This document shows, piece after piece, positions 11,770-22,901 of a stretch of 64,000 nucleotides of DNA. The number at the start of each line of letters is the position of its first letter. Positions within the stretch are counted from its first letter, which is position 1. This DNA comes from an uncultured delta proteobacterium (lineage in GTDB: Bacteria > Desulfobacterota > Syntrophobacteria > Syntrophobacterales > Syntrophobacteraceae), in contig CAWEHK010000037.1 in NCBI GenBank assembly GCA_963808625.1, positions 64,001 to 128,000 on the forward strand, in the 5' to 3' direction. Below the pieces are notes generated by a model. That model was not told the origin of the DNA. It did not search any database and saw only the letters and a program-made list of their open reading frames with translations. Position numbers and translations under genes: made by a program.

Positions 11770-12245
11770 ATGGACGCGGCAGAAAAGCATTTCGTGGTTG
11801 ATAGCATGCTGGGAAAACTGGCAAAATGGCTGCGCATTCTGGGGCTTGAACGCGCTGTGAACGTCTCGAGCTCGCGAACAGATCGACGGCTATCGCCAGC
11901 AAGGCTTTCTGTTGGTCACCCGTAATCGTCGGTGGTCCGGTCAGAGCACCGGGTCATCTGCCTGACCGCAAACGATCCCGCCGATCAACTCCGATAGGTC
12001 GTTTCCCTGGCGCCCGTTACGCAGCAGGAAATCCGTCTGCTGCGACGTTGTGTTCGCTGCAATGAGGAACTCCGAGAAGTGGAAAGGCAGGACGCCTTCG
12101 GGCAAGTACCGGATTACGTGTTTGAGACGCACACTTCCTTTCACCAGTGTCCGAACTGCCGGAAGATCTACTGGCCGGGAAGTCATCCCAGCGGATGATG
12201 CAGCGGTTAGAGCGCGAATTGGGATGGACCCTCGCGATAGCTTAA
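11770..12245 (+). CDS. Mut7-C RNase (PIN-like, DUF82) protein; frameshifted and absent from the ORF track
   Basis: MDAAEKHFVVDSMLGKLAKWLRILG start; RCVRCNEEL...VPDYV...FHQCPNCRKIYWPGSH zinc ribbon read from the sequence. Confidence 0.8.
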
Positions 12246-12342
12246 AGAGCGTAAATCAATGAAGCAGGGGGAAGAGTTGGTGCCGCATGAGCGACGCCGC
12301 AGCAGGGAAACCAGGTAACCTAAAGAAGGAGGAGGTTCAACG

Positions 12343-12735
12343 ATGAACGCATTGGTGGCAAAGCTTTTGGGGATGATCAAGAATTTGTTTTCCTTTGGAG
12401 TAGAGTATCAACAGATTGCGGTGCAATGGCTGCTGAGGTTTTTAAAAGTACAGTCAAAAAAATGGAAACAATGCAGCGTGCGGAGAGAACTGGACAAGGC
12501 CTACAGCAAGTTGGGCGCTGAAGTCTTCGCTCTTTACCAGGGCGGCCAGACGGACTTGCAGGGAGCGCCGCTTGTCGACCAAAAGCTGAAGCTGGTCGAA
12601 GAAGCTGAGAGCGGAGTGTTTGCGGTGGCACAGGAGGTCGAAGCAATCAACCGCGATTACCAGGAAAAGAAACAGGCGATCAGCGACAAGTATCGGATGA
12701 AGCGAGCGGCAACGGGCGAGAGCGGCCCGGAATAA
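12343..12735 (+). CDS. Hypothetical coiled-coil protein
   Basis: 130-aa ORF with strong SD (AGGAGGAGG). Confidence 0.65.
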   Translation: MNALVAKLLGMIKNLFSFGVEYQQIAVQWLLRFLKVQSKKWKQCSVRRELDKAYSKLGAEVFALYQGGQTDLQGAPLVDQKLKLVEEAESGVFAVAQEVEAINRDYQEKKQAISDKYRMKRAATGESGPE

Positions 12736-12755
12736 GACTGAATGGTTGCGCGCCG

Positions 12756-13283
12756 CTAGTCGCCGGTGGCACACTCGGAGGGGTCGCCCTGGATCTTGTT
12801 CAAGGCGTGAGACAACGCCGGGAGGACCACCTCGAGGTTCTCCAGAGCGCCCTTCGGGCTTCCCGGGAGATTGACGATAAGCGTCTTGCCTCTAATGCCG
12901 ACAACGGCTCGGGAAATCATGGCGTGAGGGGTTTTCAAGAGACTTGCGGCGCGCATCGCTTCGGCCATGCCCGGGACCGTTCGGTCAACAACGGCGAGCG
13001 TCGCTTCCGGAGTGACGTCCCGGGGGGTGACGCCCGTCCCTCCGGTGGTCACGACCAGGGCAATCCCCTTCTCCACCGCACAGGTGATCAACTCTGCCGA
13101 AATCGCCTCCACTTCATCGGGGACTACGGCCTGATGCGTGACCTGGTAGCCGTCCTTCAGCAGCCGTTCGAGCAGCACCTGCCCGGAGCGATCTTCGCGT
13201 TCGCCCCGCGCTCCTTTATCGCTGATCGTGATGATGGCTGCCGTTCGATTGAACGTGCGTGCATCTCGCTCAATTTGGATCAT
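12756..13283 (-). CDS. mog: Molybdopterin adenylyltransferase, MogA/MoaB family
   Basis: ITISDKG..REDRSG, VVPDE, TTGGTGVTPRDVTPEAT, SRAVVGIRGKTLIVNLPGSPKG; start placed at ATG 13283 because the upstream DNA is REP sequence. Confidence 0.92.
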   Translation of the reverse strand: MIQIERDARTFNRTAAIITISDKGARGEREDRSGQVLLERLLKDGYQVTHQAVVPDEVEAISAELITCAVEKGIALVVTTGGTGVTPRDVTPEATLAVVDRTVPGMAEAMRAASLLKTPHAMISRAVVGIRGKTLIVNLPGSPKGALENLEVVLPALSHALNKIQGDPSECATGD

Positions 13284-13309
13284 CTCGGGTTGGCATCGGC
13301 TACTCGGAT

Positions 13310-13420
13310 CGGCAGGCTGGAAAGCCTGCCCCACAGGGGTTGATTTCGATTTTCTCGAAACCCTGCTCAACATGCGTTTATTTCAGTTTTCAGGAAAGCC
13401 TGCCCCACAGGGGTTGGCCC
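13310..13420. repeat. REP-like CAGGCTGGAAAGCCTGCCCCAC family, two direct copies (also at 59777-59893)
   Basis: gaaagcctgccccacaggggttg occurs twice. Confidence 0.65.
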
Positions 13421-13483
13421 ATCTCTTTATAAGTTCGCACCGCTTGGTACAGCCCCACATAAATAAGTTTTCGAAATAAGATC

Positions 13484-13546
13484 GTCATTCCGGCGAAAGC
13501 CGGAATCCAGGCAATCTTTCTGGATTTCGGTTTTCACTCGAATGAC
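13484..13546. repeat. REP-like GTCATTCC...GGAATCCAG inverted doublet; other copies at 19543-19620, 40437-40500, 51662-51730, 61003-61075
   Basis: gtcattccggcgaaagccggaatccag ... ctggatttcggttttcactcgaatgac. Confidence 0.8.
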
Positions 13547-13585
13547 GTGGCAGAAATATGGTCAGTTTATGCTGCCGTGCTGTAT

Positions 13586-14062
13586 TTAGCCCTTGCGCAG
13601 GATGAGGCGGCGCGCCGCATGGGCCACCGTCACGGGGACGTCTTTGCTCTTCGCGATCTTTGATAAATCCTCCCGCATGAGGGTGCCGAGGAGTCTGGTC
13701 ACAAGCAAGAGCGGCGTCTTGGGATTCCATGCCAAACCCGAGCGCACCGGATAGTGTTTGAGCCATTCGTGATTCTCGGAAATCCGCCGTAAGGCGTCTT
13801 CATCGGTGCTTCGGGACCAGGCAATAATAGCGACCTCGGTATCGGTAATGCGAGGATTCGAGATGAGCGCAAGCTGGACCGCGCGGTTGGGGTCATGAAT
13901 CAGGAGCGTCCGGCCTTCCTTGTCACACCTCGAGGCAAAGCGCATCTTTTCCGTCACGCTCATGTTCTTGACCCTCAGGAAAAGGGATTCTTTCGCCTGT
14001 TCCGGGTCGTCTGCTCCCGCCTCTTTTTGCTCGCTCTCCTGCTCGGTGCTTAATTTTTCGAT
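13586..14062 (-). CDS. Conserved hypothetical helical-repeat protein; start uncertain (ATC at 14062 or ATG at 13963)
   Basis: DKEGRTLLIHDPNRAVQLALISNPRIT..NPKTP; the frame stays open up to the fusA stop; SD GAGGAG precedes the ATC. Confidence 0.7.
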   Translation of the reverse strand: MEKLSTEQESEQKEAGADDPEQAKESLFLRVKNMSVTEKMRFASRCDKEGRTLLIHDPNRAVQLALISNPRITDTEVAIIAWSRSTDEDALRRISENHEWLKHYPVRSGLAWNPKTPLLLVTRLLGTLMREDLSKIAKSKDVPVTVAHAARRLILRKG

Positions 14063-14080
14063 CGGGGCTCCTCGTGCCGG

Positions 14081-16157
14081 CTACTTCTCTTCTTTGGCCG
14101 CCAGGATTACTTTTTCCTGGAGCGGGCCGGGAACTTCCTCGTAATGGGAAACCTTCATCGTGAACATGCCGCGTCCGGCGGTCATGGAGCGCAGGTCCGG
14201 CGCGTACTTGAGCACTTCCGCCAGGGGCACATTGGCCTTGATGATCTGTTTCTTGCCTTTGCTTTCCATCCCAAGGACCCTGCCGCGGCGGGAGTTCAAG
14301 TCACCGATCACATCCCCCATACAATCATCGGGTACGGTGATTTCCATGGCCATGATCGGTTCAAGGAGGGTGGGCTTTGCCTCCAGCACCGCTTTCTTGA
14401 AAGCCATGGAACCGGCGATCTTGAACGCCATTTCTGATGAATCCACGGCGTGGAAGGACCCATCCACAAGATCCACCTTGAAATCAACGACCGGATACCC
14501 TGCCAGGGCGCCTTCGAGGGAGGCTTCGGCGATGCCTTTCTCCACTGCCGGAATGTACTGCTTGGGGATCACGCCGCCAACGATTTTATCGAAGAACTGG
14601 AACCCTTCACCCTTGGGCAGGGGCTCCATTTCGATCCTGCAATCGCCGTACTGCCCGCGACCGCCTGATTGTTTCTTATATTTGCCCTGGATTCGTGCCT
14701 TGCCCTTGATGGTTTCCTTGTAGGAAACCTTGGGCAGCCGCAGGTTGACTTCAACTCCGAACTTCCGCTTCAGCTTTTCCACGGTCGCTTCAATGTGGAT
14801 CTCACCCATTCCCGAAAGGATCATTTCCCTGGTTTCTTCATTGCGGTCCAACCTGAGGGTGAGATCTTCCTCCATCAAGCGGGTGAGCGAGGAGAAGATC
14901 TTTTCTTCATCACCCTTGCTCTTGGGTTCCACGGAAAGCGAATAAATTGCCGGAGGCAACTCGACGGGCGGGAAGATGATCGCGAATTTTTCCGAGCAAA
15001 GGGTGTCCTGGGTGGTGGTTTCTTTCAGTTTCGCGATGGCCACAATATCGCCGGGACCGGAGTACTGAACGGGTTCCTGGTTCTTGCCCTTGAGCCGCAG
15101 GAGTTGACCAAAACGCTCCTTTGCCTGTTCGGTAGAGTTATAGACTGATGGAATCGGGGCTCAGGGAACCGGAAAAGATGCGGATTACCGAAAGGCGGCC
15201 GGCATAAGGGTCGCTGATCGTCTTGATCACCAGGGCGCTGAAGGGGGCGTCCGCATCCGGCGTTCTCTCGACCTCGTCATCCTTGCCCGGCAGGGTCCCT
15301 TTCCTGGGTCCGCGGTCGACCGGCGAAGGCATATAATCCACGATCAAGTCCAACAATGGCTGGATTCCAACGTTCAGCGGCCCGGAACCGCAGGTGACGG
15401 GAACGAGTTTGCCGGAGACGACCGCATTCCTCAAACCAGTCAGGTTTCTTCCGGGGTTAGGCTTCCCTCTTCGAGATATTTTTCGAGCAATTCATCATTG
15501 GATTCTGCAACCCTTTCGGTGAGTTCTTCCTTGTATTGTGCCAAACGATCGGTCAGGTCAGCCGGGACATCCTGCACCTTCAAATTGGCCGCTATCCCCT
15601 TTCGTGTAGAGGTACGCCTTGTCAGTCAGAATGTCCACCACACCCTTGAAATTCTCTGCCGCACCAATCGGAATTTGAAGGGGTACGCAGGTTTTCCCGA
15701 AGTTATTTTGAATATCTTCTATGGTTTTGAAAAAGTCGGCACGCTCACGGTCCATTTTACTGATAAAAATCATCCGGGGCTGCTCGAACTCGTCAGCGAA
15801 TTCCCAAACCTTCTCCGTCTGCACGCGCACGCCGTCAATCGCATCAACCAGCACCAGGACGGCATCGGCTCCCTGCATGGAGGTCTTGGTCTCGGCGATG
15901 AAGTTGAAGTCGCCGGGGGTATCGACGATGGTGAGCTGATGTTTTCGCCATGCCAGGGTGTTGAAGGCCGTGCTGATCGTGATTTTGCGTTTCACCTCTT
16001 CCGGTTCATAGTCCATCACGGAAGTGCCCTCGTCGACCTTACCGAGGCGGGTCGTTACGCCACCGTTGAACAACATGGCTTCAGCGAGGGAGGTCTTGCC
16101 TGCTCCTCCATGAGAAATGATGGCGAAAGTTCGAACCTTCGAGACATCCTCTTTCAT
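14081..16157 (-). CDS. fusA: Elongation factor G paralog (EF-G II-like), frameshifted
   Basis: SHGGAGKTS, DTPGD, SGMGEIH, YKKQSGGRGQYG, GSFHAVDSSEMAFK, DLRSMTAGRG; not in an rpsL-rpsG context. Confidence 0.93.
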
Positions 16158-16399
16158 ATTCCTTCCTTTCTATGACCCTTACGGCGAAGAGCGCGAAATC
16201 ATGTATTCCCAGAGAAAATACAAAGGGGCAAGATAGGGCAAGTATGAATCTAAAGTCAAGATAATTCACGCTGATATCAAGCCCGAGAAGACCTTTATCG
16301 AGACTTTCTGATTGCTTTTTTTACTTTCTGTGTTAGTTAGTTTGCTTCTTTCGATTCTTTTTTTTGAAGCCTTTTGATGGGATATGAATTGAGCGAGAG

Positions 16400-17344
16400 A
16401 TGACGGACCCACTCACCCTGGAGCAATCGAAAACGCTGTTTCTGGAATACCTGCGCCACGAGCGCAGCCTGAGTGAGGAGACCTGCCGCGCTTATGCCGG
16501 CGATCTCGAGCAGTTCCACCGGTATCTCCAAAAGAAGACGTGCACCGAGCCAATCCGCATCGCGGCGATTACGTCCGACACGATTCGCAGTTTTTTTGCC
16601 GCCATTCATAAGGACCTCAAAAATACGAGTCGCGCCCGCAAGCTATCGACCCTGCGATCGTTTTACAACTATCTGACCGATCGTGGCTGGCATCAGGAAA
16701 ACCCTGCCCAACGCGTGGCTGCTCCCAAGGTCAGACCAAAGATCCCCGGTTTTCTTGATGTCGACGATGTCTTTCACTTTCTGGACTCACTGCAGCGCAG
16801 CGCCGCACATCCGAAAGGTTCCTGGCGAAGACTTCGCAATTGGGCCATTTTTGAATGCCTCTATTCCATTGGCGCGCGGGTTAGCGAACTGGTTGGCCTG
16901 AATGGCTCGGACGTTGATTTTGACCAAGGCCTGGTCCGCATTCGCGGCAAGGGGAAAAAGGAACGGGTGGTCCCGATCGGGGAAAAAGCCCTGGAAGCCC
17001 TGAGGGTTTATCTGACAGCCATCGCCGGCCAGTTTCCGCAAGCCGGGGGCGGCCCTGGCCATCTCTTCCGAAATGCCTCCGGCGGCAGGCTCACAACCCG
17101 CTCGGTGCACCGGATCCTGAAGGCCGAACTCAGAAGGTGCGGCCTCTGGCAGCACCTTAGCCCCCATGGCTTGCGCCACACCTTTGCTACGCACCTCCTC
17201 AATTCCGGGGCGGATTTGCGCGCCATTCAGGAGATGCTTGGCCATGCGGCCCTCTCCACAACCCAGCGCTACACCCACGTCCATTTGGACCAACTGATGA
17301 AGACTTACGACGCGGCCCATCCGCGCAGCCGGAAGACAAAATAG
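16400..17344 (+). CDS. xerC: Tyrosine recombinase XerC
   Basis: [45 protein letters not shown]; xerC-hslVU synteny. Confidence 0.92.
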   Translation: MTDPLTLEQSKTLFLEYLRHERSLSEETCRAYAGDLEQFHRYLQKKTCTEPIRIAAITSDTIRSFFAAIHKDLKNTSRARKLSTLRSFYNYLTDRGWHQENPAQRVAAPKVRPKIPGFLDVDDVFHFLDSLQRSAAHPKGSWRRLRNWAIFECLYSIGARVSELVGLNGSDVDFDQGLVRIRGKGKKERVVPIGEKALEALRVYLTAIAGQFPQAGGGPGHLFRNASGGRLTTRSVHRILKAELRRCGLWQHLSPHGLRHTFATHLLNSGADLRAIQEMLGHAALSTTQRYTHVHLDQLMKTYDAAHPRSRKTK

Positions 17345-17376
17345 CGCTTATCCGGATTCGGGAGACGACGATATCC

Positions 17377-17916
17377 ATGAAAGGGAAGAGCATTCACGGC
17401 ACAACGGTTTTTGCCATCCGCAAAGACGGGCATGTGGTCATGGCCGGAGACGGACAGGTTACCCTGGGCGACACCGTCATCAAGCATCAGGCAAAGAAGG
17501 TCCGCAAAATGTATCATGACAAGATCCTGACCGGATTTGCCGGCTCCACCGCCGATGCCTTCACCCTTTTTGAGAGGCTCGAAGCCAAACTGGAACAATT
17601 CAACGGGAACCTGAAACGGGCGGCCGTGGAACTCGCCAAAGACTGGCGGATGGACCGGGCGCTCCGCCGCCTGGAGGCCATGCTGATTGCGGCCGATCAC
17701 AACGACTGCTTTATCCTGAGCGGCACGGGAGACGTCATTGAACCCGACGACGGCATCGCCGCAGTGGGCTCGGGCGCCCCCTATGCCCTGGCGGCGGCCC
17801 GCGCCCTCCTGGCCCACACCGAGCTTCCGCTCCGGACCATCGCCGAGGAAGCCATGAACATTGCCGCGTCGATCTGTATCTATACCAACCGGGAATTCAC
17901 TTTCGAGGAGCTTTGA
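17377..17916 (+). CDS. hslV: ATP-dependent protease subunit HslV
   Basis: [37 protein letters not shown]. Confidence 0.97.
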   Translation: MKGKSIHGTTVFAIRKDGHVVMAGDGQVTLGDTVIKHQAKKVRKMYHDKILTGFAGSTADAFTLFERLEAKLEQFNGNLKRAAVELAKDWRMDRALRRLEAMLIAADHNDCFILSGTGDVIEPDDGIAAVGSGAPYALAAARALLAHTELPLRTIAEEAMNIAASICIYTNREFTFEEL

Positions 17917-17920
17917 TCTC

Positions 17921-19300
17921 ATGCAACAACCGCTGACTCCGGCAGAGATCGTTCGGGAATTGGACAAATTTATCATCGGCCAACGCGAAGCCAAACGGAT
18001 GGTCGCCATCGCCCTCAGAAACCGCTGGCGCCGCCAGCAGGTCCCGGAACATCTGCGCGACGAAATCGCCCCAAAAAATATCATCATGATCGGACCCACC
18101 GGTGTCGGGAAAACCGAAATTGCACGCCGGCTGGCGCGCCTGGCCCAGTCTCCGTTTCTCAAGATCGAAGCCAGTAAATTCACCGAAGTCGGGTATGTGG
18201 GCCGGGACGTGGAGTCCATGGTCCGAGACCTCATGGAACTGGCCGTCAGCATGGTTCGCTCGGAAGAACTGGAGACGGTCAAGCTGAAAGCTGAAGAACT
18301 GGCCGAGGAGAAGCTCCTCGACATTCTCCTGCCGCCCAAAAGGCAGCAGGATTCGCCGAAAGAGCAGCTTCTCGAAGCCCCGGGAGCAGCGCAAGCAGAC
18401 CGGGAAGAAGCAGAACGTGCCGACTCGACCCGCGAAAAACTCCGTAAGCTCCTGAAAGAGGGGTCTCTCGATGACCGCTATGTGGAATTGGATGTTCCCG
18501 ACCGGAACTTCCCCATGATCGAGATTTTCGCGGGAACCGGCATGGAGGAGATGGATTTCAACCTCCGCGACATGCTGGGTTCCATGCTTCCGCAGCGCTC
18601 CAAACGGCGTAAGGTCAAAATCCCCGAAGCCAGAGAGATCCTCGTTCAGCAGGAGTCGCAGCGTCTGATCGATATGGATAAGGTGATCAAACTCGCCATC
18701 GAGCGGGTGGAGCATTCCGGGATCATCTTCCTGGATGAAATTGACAAGATCGCCGGGCGCGAATCGGGAAGAGGGCCGGATGTTTCGCGGGAAGGAGTGC
18801 AGCGGGACCTCCTCCCCATTGTGGAAGGCTCCACGGTGACGACCAAGTACGGCATGGTGAAAACGGATCATATCCTCTTCATTGCCTCCGGGGCTTTTCA
18901 CATCTCGAAGCCCTCAGACCTCATTCCGGAACTGCAGGGTCGGTTTCCGATACGGGTTGAACTGACTTCGCTGAGCAAAGACGACTTCATCCGCATCCTT
19001 AAAGAACCTGAAAATGCCTTGATCGTGCAGTATGAAGCTCTCCTGACCACCGAAGAGGTGACCCTGGTTTTCGGGGATGAGGCCATTGAAGAGATCGCCG
19101 AGCTCGCCTACGAGGTCAACTCGAGAATGGAAAACATTGGCGCGAGAAGGCTCCACACGATCATGGAAAAGCTGCTCTCCGACATTTCGTTCAACGCCCC
19201 GGACCTCAGAGGGCAGACCATTCACATCACCCGGGATTATGTCCGCGAAACCCTCCAAAACATCATCAAGGATGAGGATTTGAGCCGGTATATTCTTTAG
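17921..19300 (+). CDS. hslU: ATP-dependent protease ATPase subunit HslU
   Basis: [55 protein letters not shown]. Confidence 0.97.
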   Translation: MQQPLTPAEIVRELDKFIIGQREAKRMVAIALRNRWRRQQVPEHLRDEIAPKNIIMIGPTGVGKTEIARRLARLAQSPFLKIEASKFTEVGYVGRDVESMVRDLMELAVSMVRSEELETVKLKAEELAEEKLLDILLPPKRQQDSPKEQLLEAPGAAQADREEAERADSTREKLRKLLKEGSLDDRYVELDVPDRNFPMIEIFAGTGMEEMDFNLRDMLGSMLPQRSKRRKVKIPEAREILVQQESQRLIDMDKVIKLAIERVEHSGIIFLDEIDKIAGRESGRGPDVSREGVQRDLLPIVEGSTVTTKYGMVKTDHILFIASGAFHISKPSDLIPELQGRFPIRVELTSLSKDDFIRILKEPENALIVQYEALLTTEEVTLVFGDEAIEEIAELAYEVNSRMENIGARRLHTIMEKLLSDISFNAPDLRGQTIHITRDYVRETLQNIIKDEDLSRYIL

Positions 19301-19309
19301 GCGAAGAAG

Positions 19310-19497
19310 AAGTGATGAGTGATGAGTATGAGGTGATGAGTAAATGAGTAATGAGTGATGAGTGATGAGTGACCGGTGCTGGGTGATGAGTAATGAGTGA
19401 TGAGTGATGAGTGATGAGTGACCGGTGCTGGGGATGATAAATGGAGGAAGGGGAGGGTAGTGATGAGTAATGAGTGATGAGTGGCGAGTGAGTGACT
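19310..19497. repeat. Heptamer microsatellite (GTGATGA)n
   Basis: Degenerate gtgatga/gtaatga tandem tract after the hslU stop. Confidence 0.85.
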
Positions 19498-19737
19498 TCT
19501 CAATAATTGCAGGATCACAATGAACTATGAAAACCCTGGGGCGTCATTCCCGCTTGCTTTTGGCGGGAATCCAGAGTCTTTCTGATCGCTGGACCCCCGC
19601 CAAAAGCACGCGGGGGTGACGGACTGCCTGATGCTTATTGACCAAGTTACGCGAGTGAGGGGTCCTGAGTGATGAGTGGTGGGGGAATGCGCTGAAATGG
19701 TGGTAGGCAACATCGCAATAACCTGAGGAGCAGGCGG

Positions 19738-20613
19738 GTGGAAAAGGCGAGAATACTTGTTGAAGCGCTTCCATACATTCGAAGATTCTATCAGACGACC
19801 GTCGTCATCAAATACGGCGGGCATGCCATGGTGGCTGATGACCTTAAGGACAGCTTCGCCCAGGACATTGTCCTGATGAAGTACATCGGGATCAATCCGG
19901 TCGTCGTCCATGGGGGTGGCCCTCAAATCAGCGAAATGCTCACGCGCCTGGGAATCAAGAGCCGTTTCCACGACGGCATGCGGGTAACCGATCCGGACAC
20001 CATGGACGTCGTGGAGATGGTCCTGGCGGGAAAGATCAACAAGGAAATTGTCTCGCTGATCAACCGGCACGGCGGTCAGGCCATTGGGCTGAGCGGGAAG
20101 GACGGACAACTCATTGAAGCGCGCAAGCTCAATGTCTACCGCAATCAGGGGGAGGATCGACCGCCCGAGATCATCGACATCGGGTTAGTCGGAGAAGTGC
20201 AGCGAATCAATGTCGAAGTCCTCATGACCCTGGAGCGGAGCAACATGATCCCGGTGATTGCCCCCGTTGGGGTCGGGCGGGACGGGGAAACTTACAACAT
20301 CAATGCCGACCTGGTCGCGGGCAGCATTGCCGGCGCCCTTCATGCGAAGAAACTCATCCTCATGACCGATGTTCCGGGAGTGCTGGATAAGGAGGGCGTG
20401 CTCATTCCCAGCATGACCATTGCCGAAGCAGCGGAAGCCATGCAGCAGGAAACTCTTCGCGGGGGAATGATCCCGAAGGTCCAGTGTGCCGTCGACGCCC
20501 TGCAGGAGGGCGCAGAAAAAGTACACATTGTGGATGGCCGGATTCCCCATGCCATTCTTCTCGAAATCTTCACCGATGCCGGAGTTGGTACGGAAATCCT
20601 GAAAGAGCGTTAA
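19738..20613 (+). CDS. argB: Acetylglutamate kinase
   Basis: [46 protein letters not shown]. Confidence 0.97.
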   Translation: MEKARILVEALPYIRRFYQTTVVIKYGGHAMVADDLKDSFAQDIVLMKYIGINPVVVHGGGPQISEMLTRLGIKSRFHDGMRVTDPDTMDVVEMVLAGKINKEIVSLINRHGGQAIGLSGKDGQLIEARKLNVYRNQGEDRPPEIIDIGLVGEVQRINVEVLMTLERSNMIPVIAPVGVGRDGETYNINADLVAGSIAGALHAKKLILMTDVPGVLDKEGVLIPSMTIAEAAEAMQQETLRGGMIPKVQCAVDALQEGAEKVHIVDGRIPHAILLEIFTDAGVGTEILKER

Positions 20614-20631
20614 GCGCAAAGGAAGCAGTTC

Positions 20632-21822
20632 ATGGAAGACGTGCAGTTATCCTGTCAGCAAAACATTTTTGGCACTTACGCCAGATTGCCGGTAGTGTTT
20701 GTCCGTGGTCAAGGCGTCAAGTTGTGGGACCAGGCGGGCAAAGAATACCTGGATTTCCTCGCCGGTATTGCGGTGTGCAACCTCGGTCATTGCCATCCGG
20801 AATTGACGCGGGTCATCTGCCGGCAGGCGGATACCCTGGTGCATGTGTCCAATCTCTTTTACACGCGCCCGCAGGTGGAACTGGCCGCCGAATTGACACG
20901 GCTCTCCTTTGCGGATAAGGTATTTTTTTCCAACAGCGGAGCGGAAGCCAACGAAGCTGCCATCAAGCTGGCTCGAAAGTACAGCAAGGACCGCAACGGT
21001 GCCGGGCGCTTCCACATCATCACCATGAAGGAATCGTTCCATGGCCGCACGCTCGCAACCCTTTCGGCCACCGGCCAGGAAAAGGTCCATAAGGGTTTCG
21101 AGCCGCTGGTCGGGGGGTTCACCTTTGTGGATTTCAATTCCATCGAGGCTGTGGAAAAAGCAATCACCGACAGGACCTGTGCAGTCATCGTGGAGCCCAT
21201 CCAGGGTGAAGGAGGCATCAATTTTCCCTCTCCCGGCTATTTGCAGGGGCTTAAAGAACTTTGTCGCAGGTACGACCTGCTGCTCATTTTCGATGAAGTG
21301 CAGGTGGGAATGGGCCGTACCGGGACGCTTTTTGCCTACGAACAGGAGGGGGTTGCTCCCGATATCATGACCCTGGCCAAAGCTCTTGGCAACGGCCTCC
21401 CGATCGGCGCCATGCTGGCTACGGATCAGGTTGCGGAAGCGTTCGTCCCGGGCAGCCATGCCACGACATTCGGCGGCACGCCGCTGGTGACTTCAGTGGC
21501 CTTGCGGGTGCTCGAGCTGATTTCCGCGCCATCCTTTCTCGCAAGGATCAGGGAAGTCGGGAGCTATTTCGTGGAGCGCCTCGAGGAGCTGCGCTCGCGG
21601 CACCGCCTGATCAAGGAAGTGCGCGGCCGGGGGTTGATGATCGGCGTCGAGCTCGAGGTCCCGGGAGCGAAGTTTGTGGAAAAGTGTCTCGCGCAAGGCC
21701 TGATTATCAATTGCACCCATGACACGGTGCTCCGCTTTGTGCCGCCCTTGATTGTCGAGAAACAAGAGATTGATCAGATGATCCGGATTCTGGATGAGGT
21801 TTTGAACGAGGAGACTAAATGA
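20632..21822 (+). CDS. argD: Acetylornithine aminotransferase
   Basis: NSGAEANEAAIK, SFHGRT, EPIQGEGG, DEVQVGMGRTG, TLAKALGNG. Confidence 0.95.
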   Translation: MEDVQLSCQQNIFGTYARLPVVFVRGQGVKLWDQAGKEYLDFLAGIAVCNLGHCHPELTRVICRQADTLVHVSNLFYTRPQVELAAELTRLSFADKVFFSNSGAEANEAAIKLARKYSKDRNGAGRFHIITMKESFHGRTLATLSATGQEKVHKGFEPLVGGFTFVDFNSIEAVEKAITDRTCAVIVEPIQGEGGINFPSPGYLQGLKELCRRYDLLLIFDEVQVGMGRTGTLFAYEQEGVAPDIMTLAKALGNGLPIGAMLATDQVAEAFVPGSHATTFGGTPLVTSVALRVLELISAPSFLARIREVGSYFVERLEELRSRHRLIKEVRGRGLMIGVELEVPGAKFVEKCLAQGLIINCTHDTVLRFVPPLIVEKQEIDQMIRILDEVLNEETK

Positions 21823-22727
21823 AGCGCGATCTGCTTACGATCCGGGACCTTTCTGCCGAAGAGGTCCACCAGCTTATCAGACGGGCTCAAGAAATGAAGC
21901 ACGAGCGGCGTTCCGGGGACCTTCGCCCGGCGCTTTCAGGAAAGATTCTCGGACTCATTTTTGTAAAACCTTCGACAAGGACCAGGGTCTCCTTTGAAAC
22001 CGCCATGTACCGACTCGGAGGACAATGTGTTTTTATGACCGCGCAAGACCTTCAGATCTCGCGTCAAGAACCCATGGCCGATACCGCCCGGGTCCTGTCG
22101 CGGTATCTTGACGGTCTCGTGATACGGACCTTTGCTCACCGGGATGTGGAAGAACTGGCGCGCTACGCGACGATTCCGATCATCAACGGCCTTACCGACC
22201 GCTTCCACCCCTGCCAGGTCCTGAGCGATCTGCTGACGATTCAGGAAAAACGAGGTAGCCTCCAGGACCTCTGTGTGGCCTGGATCGGCGACGGCAATAA
22301 CATGGCCCATTCCTGGATCAACGCTGCGGCGCGACTGGGCTTTACGCTTTATCTGGCCTGCCCCCGCGAATATCCGCCGGAGCAAGACATTCTGGAATGG
22401 GCCGAGCGCGAAGGGCGAGGAAAGATCCACCTGGTCCATGATCCGAAAGCGGCCGTCGGGTCAGCGGATGTGCTCTACACCGATGTCTGGGCAAGCATGG
22501 GGCAGGAAGCGGAAGCGGAAGAACGAAAGAAGATTTTCCATTCTTTTCAGATCAATGAAGAACTCCTGGCCGCGGCGCCGAGCCACGCCATCGTCCTTCA
22601 CTGCCTTCCCGCCCATCGCGGCGAAGAAATCACCGACCGTGTGATGGAAGGCCCGCAATCAGTGGTGTTCGACCAGGCCGAGAATCGCATGTTCCTGCAA
22701 ATGGCCCTGCTCGAGTGGATGCTCTGA
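21819..22727 (+). CDS. argF: Ornithine carbamoyltransferase
   Basis: STRTRVSFE, HPCQ, DVWASMGQE, HCLPAHRG, QAENR. Confidence 0.97.
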   Translation: MKRDLLTIRDLSAEEVHQLIRRAQEMKHERRSGDLRPALSGKILGLIFVKPSTRTRVSFETAMYRLGGQCVFMTAQDLQISRQEPMADTARVLSRYLDGLVIRTFAHRDVEELARYATIPIINGLTDRFHPCQVLSDLLTIQEKRGSLQDLCVAWIGDGNNMAHSWINAAARLGFTLYLACPREYPPEQDILEWAEREGRGKIHLVHDPKAAVGSADVLYTDVWASMGQEAEAEERKKIFHSFQINEELLAAAPSHAIVLHCLPAHRGEEITDRVMEGPQSVVFDQAENRMFLQMALLEWML

Positions 22728-22865
22728 GAACAGGAGACAGAAGTTAGGAGTCAGGAGACAGAAGTCAGGAGACAGAAGTCAGGAGACAGAAGTCAGGAGT
22801 CAGAAGACAGAATATAAAAATGATTTCTTCGTGTGACTTCGCAGTCCTTCGTGTGACTTCGTGGA
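22728..22865. repeat. 14-mer tandem repeat (GGAGACAGAAGTCA)n followed by a TTCGTG-type repeat
   Basis: Visible tandem copies between argF and argG. Confidence 0.8.
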
Positions 22866-22901
22866 TGAAAGAAAAGAGATGCCGGAAACGGAAAGGAATT
22901 T

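Noticed and set aside
16400..17344. Phage or integron integrase
   Set aside because: XerC-like length and motifs in the conserved xerC-hslVU context; no att sites or cassettes nearby
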